Shown here piece after piece: positions 58,781 through 64,000 of a stretch of 64,000 nucleotides of DNA. Numbering within the stretch: position 1 is the first letter of the stretch; each line of letters begins with the position of its first letter. The position numbers and the translations under genes are program-made. This stretch comes from an uncultured Gemmatimonadales bacterium (GTDB taxonomy: Bacteria > Gemmatimonadota > Gemmatimonadetes > Gemmatimonadales > GWC2-71-9), in contig CAVOGR010000007.1 of NCBI GenBank assembly GCA_963695555.1, forward strand, positions 767,080 to 831,079, given 5' to 3'. Below the pieces are notes generated by a model, which was not told the DNA's origin, made no database searches, and saw only the letters and a program-made list of their open reading frames with translations.

Positions 58781-61351
58781 ATGAAACAGGAGCCGAGAGA
58801 CCTGCGGGCCACGGCGCGCGCCGGGCTGGTGCTGGTGTCGAGCATGATCGCTGCCGCCGCCGGGCCCGCCGCGGCCCAGGATGTCGCGGCTCCCGAGGTT
58901 CAGCGTGTGACGCCGTCGAGCCGCTATGCCGCGAGCGGCGCCCATCGGTTCTTCTTCGGCACCGACTACCGGCAGCTCTGGACGATGCCGATAGCGGTGG
59001 ACGTGCTCGACCTCCGCACCTACGCCGGCGGACTCACACCGGTTGGGACCGGCGGTGGGCAGCAGACAGAGGCCCTTCGTTTCGTCTCGACCGATGGCCG
59101 GCCCTTCACGTTCCGCTCGCTCGACAAGGACCCATCCGCGGTCCTCCCGCCCGATCTCCAGGACACCTTCGCGGCGCGCCTGGTGCAAGACCAGGTGAGC
59201 TCGGCCTATCCGACCGCGCCGCTCGTGGTGGACCGGATCCTGGATGCGGCCGCCGTGCTGCACTCGAAACCCCGCATCGTGGTGCTGCCCGACGACGATC
59301 GCTTGGGTGAGTATCGCGCGCAATTTGCCGGGCGGCTGGGGACGCTCGAGCAATGGCCCAACGCGCCGGGCGACGCGCCGGCATTTGCCGGTGCGGCGGA
59401 GATCGTGAGCACCGATGACCTGTTCGAGCGACTGGAGACGGACCCCGCCAACCGGGTCGATGTCCGAGCGTACCTGACGGCGCGGCTGGTGGATGTCCTC
59501 ATCGGCGACTGGGACCGCCACCGCGGGCAATGGCGGTGGGCCCGGTTCCCGGGGGAGCCCAACGTGTGGGTCCCGATTCCCGAGGATCGCGATCAGGCGT
59601 TCGCCCGCTTCGACGGCCTGTTCCTTCACCTGGCGCGGGTGCACGCACCGCAACTCGTCAAGTTCGGGAAAACGATCCCGGGAATGCTGGGTATGGCATG
59701 GAACGGCCGTGATGTCGACCGCCGCCTCCTGGCCGGACTCGAGCACCCGGCGTGGGATTCCGTGACTGCCGCGTTGGTGGCCCGCATCACCGACAGCGCG
59801 ATCGACTCGGCGGTGCGCATGCTGCCCGATGCGCACTATGAACTCAATGGGGCCTGGCTCGCGGCAACACTCAAACAGCGGCGCGACGCGCTGCCGGCTG
59901 CCGCGGTGGCTTTCTTCCGCCACCTCGCGGGCGAAGTGGATGTCCTGGCCAGCACCCAGGACGATTCAGTCCACGTGATCCGGCGGCGCGACACGCTGGA
60001 GCTGTCCATCGTGCCCCGCGGAACTGGTGCCGTGCCGTATTATCGACGGCGATTCACTTCTTCCGCCACCAGTGAAGTGCGCCTGTACCTCATGGGGGGC
60101 GACGATCGTGTCGCGGTCGACGGAGATGGCAATGCGGGTGTCCTCTTCCGGGTCGTGAGCGGCACAGGCGATGACCGTGTCACCGACGATTCGCGCACTG
60201 GCGGCACTCGCGCGTACGACTCGCGTGCGGCCGGCGGCGTTCCGGACAGCCGGGGCGTGTCGGTCGACCGGCGACCGTACACCCCACCCGAGGTGCCGGA
60301 GGGCATGGTCCCGCCCCGGGATTGGGGCACACGGTGGTATCCGCTCACCACGGTCAGCTTCGCGCGCGACGTGGGTATGCTCGTGGGAGGCGGGTTCATC
60401 TTCCAGCGCCACGGCTTTCGTACGTATCCGTACAAGCGCCAACACACCTTCCGCGCGGGCTACGCCACGGAAGCACAGACGTTTCGCGCCGAGTACGTCG
60501 CCGACTTTCGGCGAATGAATTCCGGGGTCAGCGCAACGTTTCGTACGCTCGCGTCGGGAATCGAGATTCTCCAGTTCCACGGTTTCGGCAACGAAACCTC
60601 TATCATCGACGACGATGATTTTTACCGGGTGAAGCAAGAGCAGTACATCATCGAGCCCACCCTGCACGTGCCGCTGGCACACAACCTGGTGTTCTCGGTC
60701 GGTCCGACGCTCAAGTACCTCTCCAGCGACCTCGACCCCACACGACTGATCGGCCAGGCGCGCCCGTACGGATCGGACAATTTCGGCCAGGTGGGCGGCC
60801 ATGCAGATCTGACGCTCGATTTGCGCGACCAACCCAGAGCACCGCGGAGCGGCATCTTCATGCAGGCCGGGGGGAGTTACTACCCATCGGCCTGGGACGT
60901 CGACAGCGGGGCCTTCGGCGAAGTGCACGGCGAAGTAGCGACCTACCTCACGGCGCCCATGCCGCTCCAGCCGACGCTGGCGCTCCGGGTCGGCGGGAAG
61001 AAGGTTTGGGGCACCTTCCCGTTCCATGAGGCGGCCTTCATCGGCGGCGAGTCGACCGTGCGCGGCTTTCATGAGCAGCGCTTTGCCGGCGACGCATCGC
61101 TCTACGGCAACGCCGAGCTCCGGCTCTTCCTCTCCAAGTTCTTCGTGCTGTTGCCGGGGGAATTCGGCGTCTTCGGCCTGGGGGATGTCGGGCGGGTGTA
61201 CCTCGACGGCGAGACGTCCGACAAGTGGCATCGCGCCTTTGGTGGTGGGATCTGGTTCGCCTACCTCAACCGGCGGAACACCCTCAGCGTGGCCATTGCC
61301 GACAGTGACGAGCGTACCGGAGTGTACGTCCGGGCAGGGTTCATGTTCTGA
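58781..61351 (+). CDS. Omp85/BamA-TamA-like outer membrane protein with large non-POTRA-like N-terminal region
   Basis: Signal peptide. C-terminal about 350 aa beta-barrel with surface-antigen (D15) features and terminal GFMF. Confidence 0.7.
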   Translation: MKQEPRDLRATARAGLVLVSSMIAAAAGPAAAQDVAAPEVQRVTPSSRYAASGAHRFFFGTDYRQLWTMPIAVDVLDLRTYAGGLTPVGTGGGQQTEALRFVSTDGRPFTFRSLDKDPSAVLPPDLQDTFAARLVQDQVSSAYPTAPLVVDRILDAAAVLHSKPRIVVLPDDDRLGEYRAQFAGRLGTLEQWPNAPGDAPAFAGAAEIVSTDDLFERLETDPANRVDVRAYLTARLVDVLIGDWDRHRGQWRWARFPGEPNVWVPIPEDRDQAFARFDGLFLHLARVHAPQLVKFGKTIPGMLGMAWNGRDVDRRLLAGLEHPAWDSVTAALVARITDSAIDSAVRMLPDAHYELNGAWLAATLKQRRDALPAAAVAFFRHLAGEVDVLASTQDDSVHVIRRRDTLELSIVPRGTGAVPYYRRRFTSSATSEVRLYLMGGDDRVAVDGDGNAGVLFRVVSGTGDDRVTDDSRTGGTRAYDSRAAGGVPDSRGVSVDRRPYTPPEVPEGMVPPRDWGTRWYPLTTVSFARDVGMLVGGGFIFQRHGFRTYPYKRQHTFRAGYATEAQTFRAEYVADFRRMNSGVSATFRTLASGIEILQFHGFGNETSIIDDDDFYRVKQEQYIIEPTLHVPLAHNLVFSVGPTLKYLSSDLDPTRLIGQARPYGSDNFGQVGGHADLTLDLRDQPRAPRSGIFMQAGGSYYPSAWDVDSGAFGEVHGEVATYLTAPMPLQPTLALRVGGKKVWGTFPFHEAAFIGGESTVRGFHEQRFAGDASLYGNAELRLFLSKFFVLLPGEFGVFGLGDVGRVYLDGETSDKWHRAFGGGIWFAYLNRRNTLSVAIADSDERTGVYVRAGFMF

Positions 61352-61363
61352 GCGCAGAGGAGG

Positions 61364-61645
61364 CTACGGGACGACGCGGATGCCCTTCCAGAACGCGACG
61401 TGGTCCTTGATTTCCGCCGCTGCTGGTTTTGGATCGGGGTAGTACCACGCGGCGCCGGCATTCACCTGGTCGTCGGTTGCCACGTCGTAGTAGCTCGCCT
61501 GCCCCTTCCACGGGCAGGTCGACTGCTTCGCGCTCGGCCGCAGATACTCGCGCTTGACCGAGTCGGGCGGAAAGTAGTGGTTCCCTTCGACGACCACGGT
61601 GGCATCGCTCTCCGCGATGACCACGTCGTTCCACAGAGCCTTCAT
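61364..61645 (-). CDS. DUF427 domain protein
   Basis: CPWKGQASYYDV ... AWYYP motif typical of DUF427. Confidence 0.7.
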   Translation of the reverse strand: MKALWNDVVIAESDATVVVEGNHYFPPDSVKREYLRPSAKQSTCPWKGQASYYDVATDDQVNAGAAWYYPDPKPAAAEIKDHVAFWKGIRVVP

Positions 61646-61676
61646 CGCGTTACCCCTTCAGGTGTAGTTGAAGCAA

Positions 61677-61718
61677 CCCAGCGCGATCGCAGATCGCGAG
61701 ATGCACGATCGCGCTGGG
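61677..61718. repeat. 13-bp-stem inverted repeat rich in CGATCG/GCGATCGC
   Basis: CCCAGCGCGATCG-cagatcgcgagatgca-CGATCGCGCTGGG, just 3' of the outer-membrane channel gene on the minus strand. Confidence 0.6.
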
Positions 61719-61730
61719 CCGCCAAAGACA

Positions 61731-62762
61731 TTAGAAAATCGTGTACTGGATCCCCGCCGTGATGGTCCAGTCCGTTTCGAGTTGCGGGCCGTCCAAGTTC
61801 TGGTAGATGGGCACCATGCCCTCGACCGCGAGCCGGGTGGCCTTGAAGAGGCCGCGCCGGATGTAGACGTTCACGCCGAGGCCTGCATCGACCCGTGATC
61901 CGCCACGCAGATCGGGCCGTGCGGTCGGAACCATGAGCGCGCCCGGTCCCGGCAGGCGCGGATCGGCACCCTCGATATTGCCCCAGGTGGTCCCTTCGAT
62001 TCGCGCCGAGGCGCTCACCCAATTGTTGAACCGCCGGGCGCCCCAGAAGGTTCCCGAGAACCGGTCGCCCAGGCTGTAGTCGTTACCGTTGGTGCCGGTG
62101 CGGATCGTGGCCGAGGCCTGCCCACCCCACGACCACCAGTCGGTCTGACCGAGATAGGTGATCGACGGCAGGAGGTCGAAGGTCCCCGATCCGGTTTGCA
62201 TCGGATAGGGCAGCAGCGTGTAGCTGGGAGCACTCGCGGGCGTCACGCCGGTTTCGTCGGTGGCGCCGATGGGTAGAGCGACCAGGGCACCAGCATGCAC
62301 GCTCTGGTTGCCGAACTTGGCCAATTGAATGAGCCCGCCGAGCCGCAGGTCGCCCACATTTGCCGACGTGGTGGTGAACGCGACTCCGGTGCGTGTGACA
62401 TGGTCCATGGATAGGTCCACCACCGGCAGCGTGGCAACCAAGGTCACCTGGTCGATCGGTGCGTACATGGCCCCGAACATGTGCATCTGCATGGACATTT
62501 GGGTCGGTGCAATCATGAATCGATAGGGTCCGGCCGCATCGAAGATCTCGGCAATCGAGAGTCGGTCGGTCCCGTCCCGATTCCCCACCATGTCCATGTA
62601 CATATACCGGTACGACAACATGATCTCGCCCTTTTCGTGGCCATGGTCGCCCATGACCCCGATCGGGGCATGCCCGTCGGGTCGGCTCGACGTCCACTGT
62701 GCCAGAAGACCGGCCGGCGCCAACATGGCGAGGCCGAGCACGAGTCCCAAGAATCTGCGCAT
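61731..62762 (-). CDS. Outer membrane beta-barrel channel (MetA-pathway/phenol-degradation-like transporter family)
   Basis: Signal peptide MRRFLGLVLGLAMLAPAGLLA, alternating beta-strand pattern, C-terminal aromatic (YTIF). Confidence 0.7.
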   Translation of the reverse strand: MRRFLGLVLGLAMLAPAGLLAQWTSSRPDGHAPIGVMGDHGHEKGEIMLSYRYMYMDMVGNRDGTDRLSIAEIFDAAGPYRFMIAPTQMSMQMHMFGAMYAPIDQVTLVATLPVVDLSMDHVTRTGVAFTTTSANVGDLRLGGLIQLAKFGNQSVHAGALVALPIGATDETGVTPASAPSYTLLPYPMQTGSGTFDLLPSITYLGQTDWWSWGGQASATIRTGTNGNDYSLGDRFSGTFWGARRFNNWVSASARIEGTTWGNIEGADPRLPGPGALMVPTARPDLRGGSRVDAGLGVNVYIRRGLFKATRLAVEGMVPIYQNLDGPQLETDWTITAGIQYTIF

Positions 62763-62829
62763 TGTAGAACCTCCACTTCACCGTGTCGAAGTTGGCTGAT
62801 ACCCGCGCAGCGTGCGCGGGCACGATCTG

Positions 62830-63210
62830 TCACATCAACGCGGGACGAGCGGGAGGAGCAGTGGCAAAGGGAAGGAGAAACGGCGATGGCCCCGCGGCTG
62901 GGCGGTCGGGAACGAGGAGGGTAACGCCGAGGCCAGCCTGGGGTGGTGGCGCGGAGTCGGGGCCGTCGCTTACCAGCCCCGCGTCGAGCACACTGCAGCA
63001 GCTCATGCCGATGCACCGGCACTCGTCCTGGGGTTGACTCGACGGCCCATGGCCGGCATGGTGACCCGGCGACGACACGGACTCCTGCGACCGGCTCGCA
63101 CGCGCCAGGCAGCCGTGCCTTCCTTGCGGGACGAGCACTCCCACGAGAAGGCACAACGCGAGGGCTGCGGACTTGACAGTCCGGCCGGCGGAGAATGGCA
63201 TGCGAGTCAT
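62830..63210 (-). CDS. Small secreted Cys/His-rich hypothetical protein
   Basis: Signal peptide, then HHAGHG ... ECRCIGMSCCS. Confidence 0.3.
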   Translation of the reverse strand: MTRMPFSAGRTVKSAALALCLLVGVLVPQGRHGCLARASRSQESVSSPGHHAGHGPSSQPQDECRCIGMSCCSVLDAGLVSDGPDSAPPPQAGLGVTLLVPDRPAAGPSPFLLPFATAPPARPALM

Positions 63211-63304
63211 GTGGTTTCCGGGCGTCGAATTCTAACCGGCCTCCCACAAGACGCAATCATCTGTCCCGCGGTTTCGAAACGAGGGTGAATCGAGGGGCAT
63301 TTCG

Positions 63305-64000
63305 TTACTCGGGAAAGCGCGTGCGGTCGATGCCCGGGATGATCCGGAGGGCGTTCTGGTAGTAGAGTTTCTTTAGCACCTCGTCCGGCAGATCCAGACC
63401 ATACAACTTCCAAAATGCATGTCGCTTGCGATAGTAGTCGAAGTACTCGTCCGCCGTCTCGAGCGTACGGAAGTAGACGTGATACTCGTCGGGCGCCCAC
63501 GCATCTTTGCCAAACAGCACCCGGTCTTGGTATCGGATGAACCACTCGCGCGCAAAGCGGGGCTGCCGGCCCAGCTCGGCCAGGACGGCGCCGATCTCGG
63601 TATAGACGTTCGGCAACGAATCCATGACGCGCCCCAACCGCGCCAGATCGCCACCGAGCCAGCCGAGATGCGCGGCGATGAAGATGGTGTTGCCATGTTT
63701 GGCGAACAGCCGGTGCTGCTCGGCGATGAGGCTCTCCCACAAGGGATAGCGATCGGGCGGGCGGGCCCGATCGGGAAATTGCTCGAGCTCGAGCCACCGC
63801 TCGTTCCACCGATCCTTCGGCTCGAAGAACGACCTGGGCTCGGCCGTATGAATCAGCACCGGAATGCCGAGCGCCGCACACGCCTCCCAAATCGGATCGA
63901 AGCGCGGGTCGTCGACCGCAATACGCCTGCCCTGCCTGTCTTTGAGCGTCATCCCAAAGTTCTTGAAGATCTTGAGCCCCTGGGCCCCGGCCTCGACGTC
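63305..64000 (-). CDS. Amidohydrolase-2 (TIM-barrel metal-dependent hydrolase) family protein, N-terminus beyond window end
   Basis: ORF stays open past 64000 on the minus strand (... DVEAGAQGLKIFKNFGMTLKDRQGRR ...). HTAEP and AAHLGW motifs of PF04909-type hydrolases. Confidence 0.75.
   Translation of the reverse strand, partial: DVEAGAQGLKIFKNFGMTLKDRQGRRIAVDDPRFDPIWEACAALGIPVLIHTAEPRSFFEPKDRWNERWLELEQFPDRARPPDRYPLWESLIAEQHRLFAKHGNTIFIAAHLGWLGGDLARLGRVMDSLPNVYTEIGAVLAELGRQPRFAREWFIRYQDRVLFGKDAWAPDEYHVYFRTLETADEYFDYYRKRHAFWKLYGLDLPDEVLKKLYYQNALRIIPGIDRTRFPE

Noticed and set aside
57595-61231. Long minus-strand ORFs (57595..58845, 58661..59923, 59966..61231)
   Set aside because: Antisense to the metallophosphoesterase and Omp85-like genes. 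No domains; Arg/Gly-rich.
62513-63288. Alternative-frame ORFs 62513..63256 (-) and 62812..63288 (+) overlapping the small secreted protein call
   Set aside because: Neither has a signal peptide or motifs. 62513..63256 also overlaps the 5' end of the channel gene. The 62830..63210 frame was kept only as a low-confidence call.

Overview
High-GC (about 68%) bacterial chromosomal segment, densely coding, with about 58 protein genes and no rRNA, tRNA, CRISPR array, transposase or integrase recognisable. The left end carries gyrA (running off the window) and a four-gene RND efflux operon on the minus strand: outer-membrane factor, periplasmic adaptor, then two tandem RND permeases. Directly upstream sits the most interesting module. 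A histidine kinase with c-type-heme-like motifs and a sigma-54 response regulator are read divergently from two GcvH-like genes. Each GcvH-like gene has a -24/-12 sigma-54 promoter candidate and a shared GAATTC(G/A)TCAAC upstream element about 90-100 bp further upstream. The rest is mostly housekeeping and envelope genes. Named examples are thyA-folA, thiolase, 3-hydroxybutyryl-CoA dehydrogenase, an EF-G paralog, udk, RidA, cyclophilin, MscS, a Na+/H+ antiporter, an Omp85-like protein, and a squalene/phytoene-synthase plus geranylgeranyl-reductase pair. Notable exceptions are a selenocysteine-containing selD (in-frame TGA missed by the ORF track), an RNase HI-like gene with an apparent catalytic Glu-to-Ala change, a histone-H1-like lysine-rich protein built on 45-bp tandem DNA repeats, a bacterial archaemetzincin, and paralogous secreted beta-propeller proteins. 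Most large ORFs in the track that lie opposite these genes are high-GC mirror artefacts. I reconstructed positions by eye, so start, stop and motif coordinates may be off by 1-2 nt.
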